From assembly GCA_964016885.1 (NCBI GenBank), contig OZ024746.1, positions 98,518,001-98,582,000 on the forward strand: a DNA stretch of 64,000 nucleotides, in the 5' to 3' direction. A program made the position numbers and the translations under genes. Positions 11,876 to 26,377 of the stretch are shown here, piece after piece. The DNA comes from Eledone cirrhosa. Taxonomy: Eukaryota. The notes beneath the pieces are model-generated. The model was not told the origin of the DNA, did not search any database, and worked only from the letters and a program-made list of their open reading frames with translations. Every line of letters begins with the position of its first letter. Position 1 is the first letter of the stretch.

Positions 11876-14149
11876 TGATTATGTAGTTAGTACATCTAAG
11901 ACACAGGTTCTCAACCCATTTAGGCCAAACGCCCCCTTCTGTCCCTTGAAATCACTGAACGCCCTCCTACCCTATTTTTCCATTTTTCAATATACTACTG
12001 ATTTGATATCAGTAGATTACTAAAAAAATGATTAACAATATTCCAAAGATACCATTGCAGGCAGCTGAGAGTATAAATACATTCCTTGAAAGGAAATATA
12101 TAAATGTCAAAAAAAGGAACATAAATGTTCTTTATTATGAATAAGGACCAGTTGAATTTGTTATATTCCCACCAGGCGATACCAACTATTTTGAACATTT
12201 ATACAAGAGCAACTCTGTCTATCCCAAGAGTGCTCTTATCTCGAAGAAAGTGGCAATTATATCATTTCAAAGCTTTCCAATTTTCCCTTTAATGAAATGG
12301 ACAGAATAAATGTTGATATCTAACTTGATGTCCCCTCTTCTTTGTGAGCTTAGAGACCATGGAAGAGGGTTTTCATAACCATGCGGGAGGGTATATTTAT
12401 TAATAAATGGTAAAATATATACAACAAATGAGTAATTGAATTGTAGTAGATGGTTTCCAGTCCAGTCAGACTGCAACTATAAATAAAAAAATTGTTAGTT
12501 TGTTTTGTAACAATAGCATATCCAAGTTTTCGGATAAATCAACTTACTTTAACTTTGACTCATTTCAATGGGACCCTTGATCTTCATGGAGTCTAGCTAA
12601 CTCTTTGACGTGAGCTGAATTTTCCTAAGATCTAGCCAGAGATCTCCACGTGTAATTACATTGTAGCGGTTGTGAGCCTTACTGTGTAGTCTGGAAACAG
12701 CACCAAACCTCCTCTCGACTAAGTATGAGCTTGGAAAAGGCAGAGCAAATCTCTTAGCCTCTACATGTAGGTGTGGAAATCAACGCTGAATTTCCTCTTG
12801 TATCCCAAAAAGGGGTTCACCTATTTGGGAAATCTAATTTTGATCATGTCATCTGCTTGAAGTTCAATGAATTCTTCCTGAAATTTAATGTCCAAATCAT
12901 TGACGTTAGCTATGAAGGGATCTGCTATCCACATTGGGATGTCCATTGGCAAAAGTACATTACTGGTACTTTATTTTATCAACCCCGTAAGGATGAAAGG
13001 CAAAATTAACCTTGGCAGGATTTGAACTCAGACCGTAAAGGGATGTAACTCTTTGCTGCAAAGCATGGCGTCAGAAGACCCTCTACCAATACTGCCAATC
13101 CACCACCGTGGATTCATCATCATCATCATTATAATGAACACTTATTCACTTACTTGCCCACCCACATTCTCTGGTCACACTGTATCAGGTATACCACTTC
13201 GTTTGCCTAGATTCTACACAACAGTGACCATACAACTAAGCAATCCAAGTGAATCAACACCACAACACACCACCATCTCATTTCAACACCTAATTTGCTA
13301 CAAAAGGAGTCACTATAAGTATATCAATCCAGACAAAACTGGCTCTGGTTTTATGAATTTTTACAAATTAAGAGATCACAGTTCTGATACTATGGGTATG
13401 TGGTTAGAATGTCTCGGGAAAGAATCGCTGAACAGATTTTACGGGGAAAACCAACCAGGGGTAGACTCTGAGAAAGATGGTTGGATAGCATCCATGAGCT
13501 TGGATGGTCTTGCTTGGGGATTCAGCTGGATTAGCTAGAGACGGTTGTTTCTGACAGGACCTGCAGGAAGGAGTGTTTCAGACACTACCTCCACAACCCT
13601 CTCAGGTATAAATGGGCAAAGAAGAAGAGAACCACTCATTTTAAAAGGATCCTATTTAAATTAAAATCTTCCAACATAATTTTATATAAGAACCATAGTA
13701 AAATAAACTTTTTCCTCCAATCCTAGAAAGGATCCATAGAAGTGGTTGATAGCTTCTGCTACCTAGGTGATCTAATTAGCAGTGAAGGAGGTTGCTCTGT
13801 GAGCATAGTATCTAAAATAAGAACATAATTGAAAGAGTTCAGGGAGCTACAAACTCTAACAACAGAAGCTTTCTTTCATTCAATGAAAGACAAGCTGTGT
13901 GTGATGTGCAATGTTGCATGGTAGTGAGATACGGGGAGTGAACGGTCAGATATGCAGAGAATTGATGGAAATGAATTTTGAAAATTAACTGAAACACATT
14001 GAGAAGAAGAAGAGAAGAAGAAACAACAACAACAGCATGAAATAAAGTACCAGTCAAGCACTGGGGTCGATTTAATTGACTTTCCCCTCCCCCCAAAATT
14101 GTTGGCCTTGTGCCTAAATCAGAAACCATTATTATTAGACATTATTATG

Positions 14150-14918
14150 TAGTCAACAATGTGGAACTCAGGCTCTCTCACTCAGCCCTACAGAATATCT
14201 TCCCTCTGGCTCCAGTGATAACTGGCCCTTCTGGTCATGCCACCTTAACAGCGTGGAACTCAGGCCCTCTCACTCAGCCCTACAGAATATCTTCCCTCTG
14301 GCTCCAGTGATAACTGGCCCTTCTGGTCATGCCACCTTAACAGCGTGGAACTCAGGCCCTCTCACTCAGCCCTACAGAATATCTTCCCTCTGGCTCCAGT
14401 GATAACTGGCCCTTCTGGTCATGCCACCTTAACAGCGTGGAACTCAGGCTCTCTCACTCAGCCCTACAGAATATCTTCCCTCTGGCTCCAGTGATGACTG
14501 GCCCATCTGGTCATGCCACCTTAACAGCGTGGAACTCAGGCCCTCTCACTCAGCCCTACAGAATATCTTCCCTCTGGCTCCAGTGATGACTGGCCCATCT
14601 GGTCATGCCACCTTAACAGCGTGGAACTCAGGCCCTCTCACTCAGCCCTACAGAATATCATCCCCCTGGCCCTTCTGGTCCTGCCTGAATCACTTCCGAG
14701 CAGTTGTTGGTCGCTGAGGAGCCAAACTTCAGAAATGGGGGTAAGCCACCGATGATGATTCCATTCCAACTACCAATGCAGACAATTACAAACTATGGAG
14801 CACCTACCTTCTAGTTTGCTCCAGTCTTGAAGATTCCTGCACAATTAATGACCTGGAAACCTTAATACCTCCAGCAAGGCTCTGTGTGCAATACTGGATG
14901 GGTGTGAAGAAGAAGAAA
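14150..14918 (+). mobile_element. Decayed non-LTR retrotransposon 3' end (RTEX/Ingi-like C-terminus) with (GAA)n tail
   Basis: Translates LPSGSSDNWPFWSCLNHFRAVVGR*GAKLQKWG...QTMEHL...CTINDL...YW with stops and frameshifts. Confidence 0.6.
14161..14660. repeat. 92-bp tandem repeat, ~5.4 copies, inside the LINE remnant
   Basis: Unit starts at 14161, 14253, 14345, 14437, 14529, 14621. Confidence 0.97.
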
Positions 14919-15654
14919 AATAAGACAGATAAAAAGAAAAAGAAGAAACGACGACAACAACAACACCGAAATTAAAACTGGAAAAACCGAAAAAGAAAAT
15001 AACTACGATTCAACATTTATGTCTGATGAAAAATAGAAGTGAAACGTACAGGAAAAAAATCAACGAATCTGAAGAAAGAACACGATGTATTATCTATTGA
15101 ATGGAAAGAAGTGTTCTATAAGATTCAAAGGAATGCACTCACTTCTTTTCTACTAATAAAAGAGAATATTCTCTTAAAGGTACATTTTTAAAATGGTGTA
15201 TAATAACTATTTATTTTACATGTCTTTTATTTTTCATGTTATTTTCAAATTTATAAATCTAATTTACCTTGTTTTGTTTTTATTTTTATCTTTCTCGTAT
15301 ATTTATAGCTATCAGAAAAGTTATATTTGCGCTTTAGTTTTGATCTGTCCCTCTTTCTCACCCCCCCCCCCCCCCCCCACCACTCGTGAAACTAATACTA
15401 ATATCATTTGTACTGTCTCTCTGTTTTTTGTTCTCTGTTCATTTATTAAACTATATATATACACTTTTCAAAATCTGCAGTAGCGCTGACAGCTTCAAAT
15501 TGTCAAATAGTGAGATGTATGAGAGAGTGCATGTATGCGGGAAGGTTTCCACAGATGTATCAAATTATTTAATCGATTTTCTCAACTATAATAAACCTCA
15601 ATGCAATGAAAAGAATTAGTGCGTGCTTGAATAAATTGCTACCCGGTTAGGGTT

Positions 15655-15760
15655 ATGAGCATGACCGGAACGGAAGTGACGAAAGCAATGAGGTCAAACT
15701 GAATAATTTCATTCACAAACATTTGATAGTGTAACGCGCGAAGGCAACGCCTCAGCATGT
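15655..15760 (+). promoter_or_regulatory. Probable housekeeping-type promoter with tandem ETS motifs
   Basis: CCGGAA-CGGAAGTG at 15665-15678, locally CpG-rich, repeat-free, ~330 nt upstream of the ATG/donor exon. Confidence 0.5.
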
Positions 15761-16006
15761 TAGTTAAGAAAAAGTAAGAAAACCGTAAAAACTGGGATAT
15801 TTATAGAAGAAACAAAGTCAGTATTGAAAAGAAAAGCATCAGTAATCAGTTGAATCTCCCTCTCAGTACTCAAAGGATTGTTTTTTTCTTTCGGGAGCTT
15901 TTCTTTTATTACGCTGAAGAAAAGCTGAAAGCAGTTTTGCTTTAGGGAGTTGACCGAAAACAAACACATCAAGCGTGTGTTACGGTCGGACGACAGTTTA
16001 TTCAAA

Positions 16007-16022
16007 ATGGTTGACAGACTCG
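16007..16022 (+). CDS. Putative first coding exon MVDRL(x), resembling the conserved N-terminus of PLEKHF2/Phafin2 (PH-FYVE protein)
   Basis: Kozak-like CAAAATGG, phase-1 donor G/GTGAGT; only 5 codons, so identity is tentative; no second exon recognised in the window. Confidence 0.5.
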
Positions 16023-17556
16023 GTGAGTAAATAAAGAACTTTAACAGTTACTCTACTACAAGATTCTTTCTTCGTGTAAGAAGTGTGTGTTGTGTGTATT
16101 TTAGTAGCAGTTGTGAAATGCAAAGCGTGATAAAACTTGTTCAAAGTATCCAAGTGTAATTTTCTATTGGTTTCCTGTGCTGGATTCTAACCTCCCCTTT
16201 CCATATATATATGTAAACAAATATATGTAATTGACTCTCGGGTCCCAAATATTACGGGGTGGTGATGGAATAGTCGGGAGGGGTGGGTCCCCTGGAAAAT
16301 CGGTAATTTTTCTAGGTTGTCTCGGTTGATTTTTTTTTTTAATAAAAAACCCGAATTAGTCATTTAGTTTACATATTGAGACCCCAACCCATCCTATTTA
16401 TTTTATAATATATAGGATTTATAGTAATCTACATTTTTTTTGGCCATACATAATTTTAATTGTTCGCAGGAATGCAACCACTTGAAATAACATTTAGCCG
16501 GAGATAGATTAGCAAAATTTAATAAGCGGGGTGGGGTGAGGGCACTATCATTCGAGACTCGAGAGTACGCTAGAGAAACTTTTACCTTATATTTTTCTTA
16601 GTTACCTTAATACACATCGTTACCTTGATACACACAATAAAATAAGCTATCACTAAAGTAACCATAACTTGGACATTAAATACAAACATGCTAGACGAGG
16701 TTCTTATCGAATTGTCTTCCACTTGATAACCAACATAGATCAATATATTAAGATATATACAAAGTTTTTCTAAGTTATATAACTCAGTTTTTAAGGTAAA
16801 CTTAATTTCATTTAATTATGGAATATTTCCAATAAATATTTTAAACATTAGCGGCGATGTTTTGCAAGTTTTTTTTTTAATATGAAATCGTGTGTGAAAC
16901 AGATATTGTTATATTTGGGGAGGATCGTGTTGTCCTACTAGTGCCAGAAAAAATATACTAAAGCGAAAACCAAACCAAACTGAGTGTTTTACTATTTTTT
17001 GGCATTATTAAGACATGATCCTCCCCAAACATAACAATATATAGTTACTTTCTTAGGTAGTTTCCACATCTCACTTGTAGTATTTTCAGGTGCGGTGGGG
17101 GAAATTCGATACTGGTTAGTTTTTTAGTAATAATAAACTTGGAGTGAATTAATACATATGATTGGAATGTTGAATTGGAACATCCTGTCTTCGGTAACAT
17201 CACAGTGCAAATAATATGTAATGGTTTCTAACAAGTAAAAGGACAGAAATTTGAGGAAGGGGAGTGGGGCAAAGTAGATTATATCAACTCAAGTACTTGC
17301 TCAGGTATTATATCTACCTGTGAAAGACAAAGTTGACCATGGCAGCATTTTTGAACACGCAGTGACCTAACCTTTTCCTTACCAACCCAGAGAAAATCGG
17401 CTCTGCTTATATGAAAGAAAACCACCTATTCTAAAAGGTTCCTATTTAAATTCAAATCTTCCAGCATAATTTTATATAAGAACCATATGTTAAGTAACTA
17501 TTTCAGTAATTAAATAATTTTTGTAAATCCCTAAAAAGTCTTAATTGAAATAGAAT

Positions 17557-17756
17557 NNNNNNNNNNNNNNNNNNNNNNNNNNNNNNNNNNNNNNNNNNNN
17601 NNNNNNNNNNNNNNNNNNNNNNNNNNNNNNNNNNNNNNNNNNNNNNNNNNNNNNNNNNNNNNNNNNNNNNNNNNNNNNNNNNNNNNNNNNNNNNNNNNNN
17701 NNNNNNNNNNNNNNNNNNNNNNNNNNNNNNNNNNNNNNNNNNNNNNNNNNNNNNNN
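17557..17756. other. Assembly gap (200 N placeholder)
   Basis: Exactly 200 Ns adjoining a TA microsatellite. Confidence 0.99.
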
Positions 17757-17902
17757 ATATATTATATATATAATATATAATATATATATAATATATTATA
17801 TATAATATATATATTATATATTATATTATATTATATATATATATTATATATATATATATATAATATATATATATAATATAATATAATATATAATATATAT
17901 AT

Positions 17903-17950
<48 letters not shown>

Positions 17951-18290
17951 TATATTATATTATATATATATATTATATATATATATATATTATATATTAT
18001 ATTATATATATATATTATATATATATATATATTATATATTATATTATATATATATTATATTATATATTATATTATATATATATATATTATATATTATATT
18101 ATATATATATTATTATATATATATTATATTATATATATTATATTATATATATATATATATTATATATATATTATATTATATATATTATATTATATATATT
18201 ATATTATATTATATATATTATATTATATATATTATATTATATATATTATATTATATTATATATATATATATTATATATATATAATATATA

Positions 18291-18337
<47 letters not shown>

Positions 18338-18338
18338 A

Positions 18339-20785
18339 GGCAGCGGGACAGGCAGATAGTGTCTAATACCAAGGCATACCCTGGGGAAGAATGTACCCCA
18401 CAGCATAGGTTAGTTGTTAGTGATATCTCAGTAAGCAAGAGATGGAATGAGACATACAGGAAGGTGTGGAGAAGAAAGGTCTGGAAGCTAAAAGACCTTT
18501 CACTAAAATTCAAATTTAGGAAAGCCCTTCAAGATGTATATGACGAAAAGAAGACGATTTAGAGACGTATGACATAGATAATAACTGGAAGTTCTTACGT
18601 GACAACTTGCTGAAGGCTACTGATGAAACCTGTGGCTGGAGCAGAGCTCCAACCAGACAGAGAGTGACCTGGTGGTGGAACAGCAGTGTAGATAAGGCTA
18701 TTAGAGACAAAAGACTAGCATGGAAGGCTTGGAATAAGGGTGGGAGTAGGGAAGAATATACAGCCACTAAGAGAGAAGCTAGACGTCAGGTGTACTTAGC
18801 ACGCAGGGAGGCAGAGAGTAGGAGGTTTGCCAATGTTCTGCGACGGGAAGATCAGAGGCGTGCGGTGTTCCACATTGCAAGGCAGTGTGTCAATGCAAAT
18901 CAGGATGTTGTTGGTGATAAATGTGTCCGGGATGATGCGGTGTACTTAGTGTCACGAATGACCAGAAAAAAAAAAAAAAAAAAGGAGGCCTGGAAATGTC
19001 ATTATGAGAGACTGATGAATGTGGAGAACGAATGGGAGAGAGAGAAATTACCCTTGGTAGATCCGACAGAGGGACCAGCTATTGAGATTGACGAATATAG
19101 GGTCCAAGAGGCGATTAGGGAAATGAAAAATGGTAAGGCGGCCGGACCATCGGGAATAGTTGCTGAGATGCTGAAGGCATCAGGGGACGTAGGCACTAAA
19201 CTGGTTGCACGCATAATCAATCAGGCTATATATGGTGGTGTCATACCCAAAGACTGGTGCAGCAGTATTCTCATAAGTTGCTACAAAGGTAAAGGGGATG
19301 CTTTGGAGAGGAGCAATTATAGGGGTATAAAACTGATAGATCAGGTTATGAAAGTGGCAGAAAGGATTTTAGCACAACTAATTAGAGAAAGGGTCAAACT
19401 AGATGAGATGCAGTTTGGTTTTGTGCCTGGGAAGAGTACAACAGATGCCCTCTTCTTGGTGAGACAAATGCAAGAGAGGTTCTTAGAGAAAAATAAGCCA
19501 CTATACTTAGCCTTTGTTGACCTAGAGAAGGCCTTTGATAGGGTACCCCGATCTGTCATCTAGTGGTCCCTAAGGAAGCTAGGTGTTGAGGAATGGCTTG
19601 TAAGGACAGTGCAAACTTTGTACAGAGGTACTCTCAGTAAAGTCAGAGTAGGAATGGAGTTTAGTGAGGAATTCCAGATACAAGTAGGAGTACATCAGGG
19701 TTCGGTCCTCAGCCCGCTCTTGTTCATTATAGTCCTCCAAGCCATAACAGAGGAGTTTAAGACTGGCTGTCCATGGGAACTTCTCTATGCTGACAATCTG
19801 GTTCTTATAGCAGAATCAGTAGAGGAGCTAGAGAATAAATTCTGGCTATGGAAACAGCAGTTGGAAGCAAGAGGACTGAGAGTAAATCTAGCTAAGACAA
19901 AAGTGTTGATGAGTAGAAAAAAGGACAAAACCCTGATTCCGTCAGGGAAATGGCCATGTTCGATATGCAGAAAAGGAACTGGCATAAATTCTATAAAATG
20001 CACACAATGTAGGTCCTGGGTACACAAGAGATGTAGCGGGATAGCAGGCAAACTAACAGGTAGGGAGAAATATGTATGCAGTAGATGTACAGGGAAATTA
20101 GACAGTAGAAGTCGCACTGATAGACACATTTTTCAAATGCGAGAGGGCGCTATAGAAGTGGTGGATAGCTTCCGGTACCTAGGAGATCAGATTAGCATGG
20201 GAGGAGGGTGTTCCGAGGCCATAGTATCTAGAATAAGGACGGGTTGGAAGAAGTTTAGGGAGCTGCTTCCTCTGTTGACGAAGAAGGGTTTCTCCCTGCG
20301 TACGAAAGGCCGGTTGTATGATGCCTGTGTGAGGAGCGCGATGCTGCATGTAGTGAGACATGGGCAGCTACCGCAGAAGATATGCGACGGCTGGAGAGAA
20401 ATGAGGCAAGCATGCTCCGTTGGATGTGCAGTGTAAATGTGCGTGAACGACCCAGCATAAATGTGTTGAGAGAGAAACTGTGTCTGAGAGGGATAGAATG
20501 TAGTGTACGGAGAGGAGACTGAGGTGGTATGGACATGTGATGCGCATGGAGGATGACCGATGGGTGAAGAAGTGCCAGGAAATGCCAGTTGAAGGAAGAC
20601 GTAGTAGAGGTAGACCACGAAAAACATGGGCGGAGGTGGTGAGAACAGACCTCAGATCATTGAAGCTCACGGTGGAGATGACGAGGGACCGTGACGAGTG
20701 GAGAGATGCTGTGCTGAATAAGACCCGTCCCACCCTTGCAAGCAGGGAAAAGCGGACGTAAAATGATGATGATGATGATGATGAT
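18339..20785 (+). mobile_element. 5'-truncated RTE-clade LINE (end of AP endonuclease, reverse transcriptase, PHD-like Cys/His finger, RTE C-terminus, (ATG)n tail); inactive
   Basis: QHRLVVSD; QFGFVPGKSTTDA, FVDLEKAFDRV, GVHQGSVLSPLLF, YADN; LRWYGHVMRM and RGRPRKTW; in-frame stop at 19561 and several frameshifts. Confidence 0.95.
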
Positions 20786-21820
20786 ATATATTATATTATA
20801 TATATATATTATATTATATATATATATTATATTATATATATATATTATTATATATATATATTATATTATATATATATATTATATTATATTATATATATAT
20901 ATTATATTATATATATATATTATATTATATTATATATATATATTATATTATATATATATATTATATTTATATATATATATTATATTTATATATATATATT
21001 ATATTATATATATATATTATATTATATATATATATTATATATATATATTATATTATATATTATATATTATATTATATATATATATATTATATTATATATT
21101 ATATATTATATTATATATATATATATATATTATATATATATATTATATATATATATTATATTATATATATATATATATATTATATATTATATTATATATA
21201 TATATATTATATATATATTATATATTATATTATATATATTATATATATATTATATATTATATTATATATATATATATATATTATATATATATATATTATG
21301 TATATTATATATATATTATATATTATATTATATATATATATATATATATTATATATATTATATATTATATTATGTATATTATATATATATATATTATATT
21401 ATATATATATATATTATATATACATATATATATTATATATTATATTATATATATATATATATATTATATATATATATATTATATATTATATTATGTATAT
21501 TATATATATATATATTATATTATATATATTATATATATATATTATATATATATATATATTATATATATATATATTATATATATATATTATATATATATAT
21601 ATTATATATATATATTATATTATATATATTATATTATATATATTATATATATATATATTATATTATATATATTATATATATATATTATATTATATATATA
21701 TATATATAATATAATATATAATATATATATATATATATATAATATATATATATATAATATATAATATATATATATAATATATATATATAATATATATATA
21801 TAATATATATATATAATATA

Positions 21821-22254
21821 TCCACACCGCCCCTTTCAATGTACAGTTATGTTGGTCCTACAACATCCAGGCCGAAACAAATGAGATCGTGTAGGTGTCA
21901 CGACAAAAAAACACACAGTCCACGCTGTAAATGTGGCCGTGTAGGTAACACGGTAAAAACCTCCCAGCCCCACACTATAAATGTGGTTGGTGTTAGGAAG
22001 GGCATCCAGCTGTAGAAAACCCGCCAGACAGTCCACGCTGTAATGTGGCCGTGTAGGCAACACGGTAAAAACCTCCCAGCCCCACACTGTAAATGTGGTT
22101 GGTGTTAGGAAGGGCATCCAACTATAGAAAACCCGCCAGACAGTCCTATGCGAGCAAGACAACCACTCTTGCCTCAAGTGGGAAAACCCCCGTCCAAACC
22201 CATGCAAGCGTGGAACACGGACGCTAAACCTGATGATGATGATGATGATGATGA
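21821..22254 (+). mobile_element. RTE-tailed non-autonomous retroposon with internal ~115-bp duplication and (GAT)n tail
   Basis: GGTTGGTGTTAGGAAGGGCATCCAGCTGTAG motif and CCCATGCAAGCGTGGAA...GATGATGAT end shared with RTE tails; sister copy at 25531-25759. Confidence 0.8.
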
Positions 22255-22286
<32 letters not shown>

Positions 22287-22354
22287 TATATAATATATAT
22301 ATATAATATATATATATATATATTATATATTATATATTATATATATATATATAT

Positions 22355-22429
<75 letters not shown>

Positions 22430-22555
22430 ATATATATATATAATATATATATATATATAATATATATATATAATATATATATATATATATAATATATATA
22501 TATAATATATATATATATAATATATATATAATATATATATATATATAATATATAT

Positions 22556-22633
<78 letters not shown>

Positions 22634-22635
22634 AT

Positions 22636-22680
<45 letters not shown>

Positions 22681-22742
22681 TATATATAATATATATAATA
22701 TATATATTATATATATATATATATATAATATATATATATATA

Positions 22743-22795
<53 letters not shown>

Positions 22796-22861
22796 TATAT
22801 AATATATATATATATAATATATAATATATATATATTATATATATATATATATAATATATAT

Positions 22862-22914
<53 letters not shown>

Positions 22915-22963
22915 ATAATATATATTATAATATATATATATATATATATATAATATATATATT

Positions 22964-23006
<43 letters not shown>

Positions 23007-23030
23007 TATATATATATAATATATATATAT

Positions 23031-23065
<35 letters not shown>

Positions 23066-23102
23066 ATATATATATAATATATATATATAATATATATATA
23101 AT

Positions 23103-23192
<90 letters not shown>

Positions 23193-23225
23193 TATATATA
23201 ATATATATAAATATATATATATAAT

Positions 23226-23295
<70 letters not shown>

Positions 23296-23297
23296 AT

Positions 23298-23365
<68 letters not shown>

Positions 23366-23402
23366 ATATATATATATATTATATATATATATATTATATA
23401 TA

Positions 23403-23435
<33 letters not shown>

Positions 23436-23574
23436 AATATATATATATATATAATATATATTATATATATATATATAATATATATAATATATATATATAT
23501 ATATATAATATATATATATATAATATATATATATATATAATATATATATATAATATATAATATATAATATATAT

Positions 23575-23606
<32 letters not shown>

Positions 23607-23612
23607 ATATAT

Positions 23613-23655
<43 letters not shown>

Positions 23656-23757
23656 TATATATAATATATATATATATATATAATATATATATATATATAT
23701 AATATATATAATATATATATATATATAATATATATAATATATATATATATATTATAT

Positions 23758-23791
<34 letters not shown>

Positions 23792-23810
23792 ATATATATA
23801 TATATAATAT

Positions 23811-23884
<74 letters not shown>

Positions 23885-23996
23885 ATATATATATATATAT
23901 ATAATATATATATATAATATATATATATATATAATATATATATAATATATATATATATAATATATTATATATATAATATATATATATATATAATAT

Positions 23997-24047
<51 letters not shown>

Positions 24048-24211
24048 TATATAATATATATATAATATATATATATATAATATATTATATATATATATAT
24101 ATAATATATATATATATAATATATATATATATTATATTATATATATATATATATATGTATATATTATATATATATATATATTTATATATATATTTATATA
24201 TATATATATAT

Positions 24212-24243
<32 letters not shown>

Positions 24244-24315
24244 ATATATAATATATTATATATATATATTATATATATATATTATATATATATTTATATA
24301 TAATATATTATATAT

Positions 24316-24362
<47 letters not shown>

Positions 24363-24406
24363 TATATATATATATATATTATATATATATTTATATATAA
24401 TATATT

Positions 24407-24453
<47 letters not shown>

Positions 24454-24538
24454 TATATATATATATATATTATATATATATTTATATATATATATATATT
24501 ATATATATATATATATTATATATATATTTATATATATA

Positions 24539-24581
<43 letters not shown>

Positions 24582-24588
24582 ATATATT

Positions 24589-24637
<49 letters not shown>

Positions 24638-24751
24638 TATATATATATATATATTATATATATATTTATATATATATATATATTATATATATATATATAT
24701 TATATATATATTTATATATATATATATATTATATATATATTTATATATATA

Positions 24752-24798
<47 letters not shown>

Positions 24799-25530
24799 GA
24801 ATATACTATTTATATATATGAGGCGGTGCCCCAGCATGGCCTCAGCCGGATGGCTGAAACAGGTAAGAGTAAATATATATATATATAATATACTATTTAT
24901 ATATATATAATATACTATTTATATATATGTATATATATATAGAATATACTATTTATATATATGTATATATATATAATATACTATTTATATATATGTATGT
25001 ATATATAATATACTATTTATATATATGTATGTATATATAATATACTATTTATATATATGTATATATATATAATATACTATTTATATATATATATATATAT
25101 ATATAATATACTATTTATATATATATGTATATATATATAATATACTATTTATATATATATGTATATATATATAATATACTATTTATATATATATGTATAT
25201 ATATATAATATACTCTTTATATATATATGTATATATATATAATATACTCTTTATATATATATGTATATATATATATAATATACTATTTATATATATGTAT
25301 ATATATATATAATATACTATTTATATATATGTATATATATATATAATATACTATTTATATATATGTATATATATATATAATATACTATTTATATATATGT
25401 ATATATATATATAATATACTATTTATATATATGTATATATATATATAATATACTATTTATATATATGTATATATATATAATATACTATTTATATATATGT
25501 ATATATATATAATATACTATTTATATATAT

Positions 25531-25759
25531 CACACAGTCCACGCTGTAATGTGGCCGTGTAGGCAACACGGTAAAAACCTCCCAGACCCTCACTGTAAAT
25601 ATGGTTGGTGTTAGGAAGGGCATCCAACTGTAGAAAACCTGCCAGACAGTCCTATGCGAGCAAGACAATCACTCTTGCCTCAAGTGGGACTACCCCCGTC
25701 CAAACCCATGCAAGCGTGGAACACGGACGTTAAACGTTGATGATGATGATGATGATGAT
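25531..25759 (+). mobile_element. RTE-tailed non-autonomous retroposon, 5'-truncated
   Basis: Closely similar to 22028-22254. Confidence 0.8.
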
Positions 25760-25943
25760 ATAATATAATATATATATGTATATATATATAATATAATATA
25801 TATATGTGTATATATATATATAATATATATGTGTATATATATAATATATATGTGTATATATATAATATATATATGTATATATATATATAATATACTATAT
25901 ATATGTGTATATATAATATAATATAATATATGTGTATGTATAA

Positions 25944-25993
<50 letters not shown>

Positions 25994-26075
25994 GTATTTA
26001 ACATATATATATATAATATATATATATGTATATATATATATATGTATATATATATAATATGTATATATATATATG

Positions 26076-26132
<57 letters not shown>

Positions 26133-26180
26133 GTATATATAGATATAATATGTATATATATATATGTATATATAGATATA

Positions 26181-26216
<36 letters not shown>

Positions 26217-26289
26217 ACATTATGAAGAGAGAAGAAACATTTAGATATAATTAGTAATAAAATGTATCATACCGAAACTGTTCCTAAAT

Positions 26290-26377
26290 TCCTCGACTAC
26301 GTAGTTTCGTGGCATAAACAAAAACAATATATCAAAGATATAGAGTCCCTGCGAGGTCTGCCGACTTATCAAGAGGA
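26290..26377 (-). ncRNA. Type I hammerhead ribozyme, U3-A8 variant (copy 1)
   Basis: Minus strand: UCCUC-UUGAUAA-GU(C)GGCA...UGCCAC-GAAA-CUACGUAG-UC^GAGGA; helices I, II and III all pair; predicted cleavage between 26295 and 26294. Confidence 0.8.

Noticed and set aside
17557-17756. Biological meaning of the N run
   Set aside because: Fixed-length scaffolding placeholder; true gap size unknown
18339-20785. Active, intact LINE or domesticated RT gene
   Set aside because: 5'-truncated, YADD changed to YADN, in-frame stop and several frameshifts
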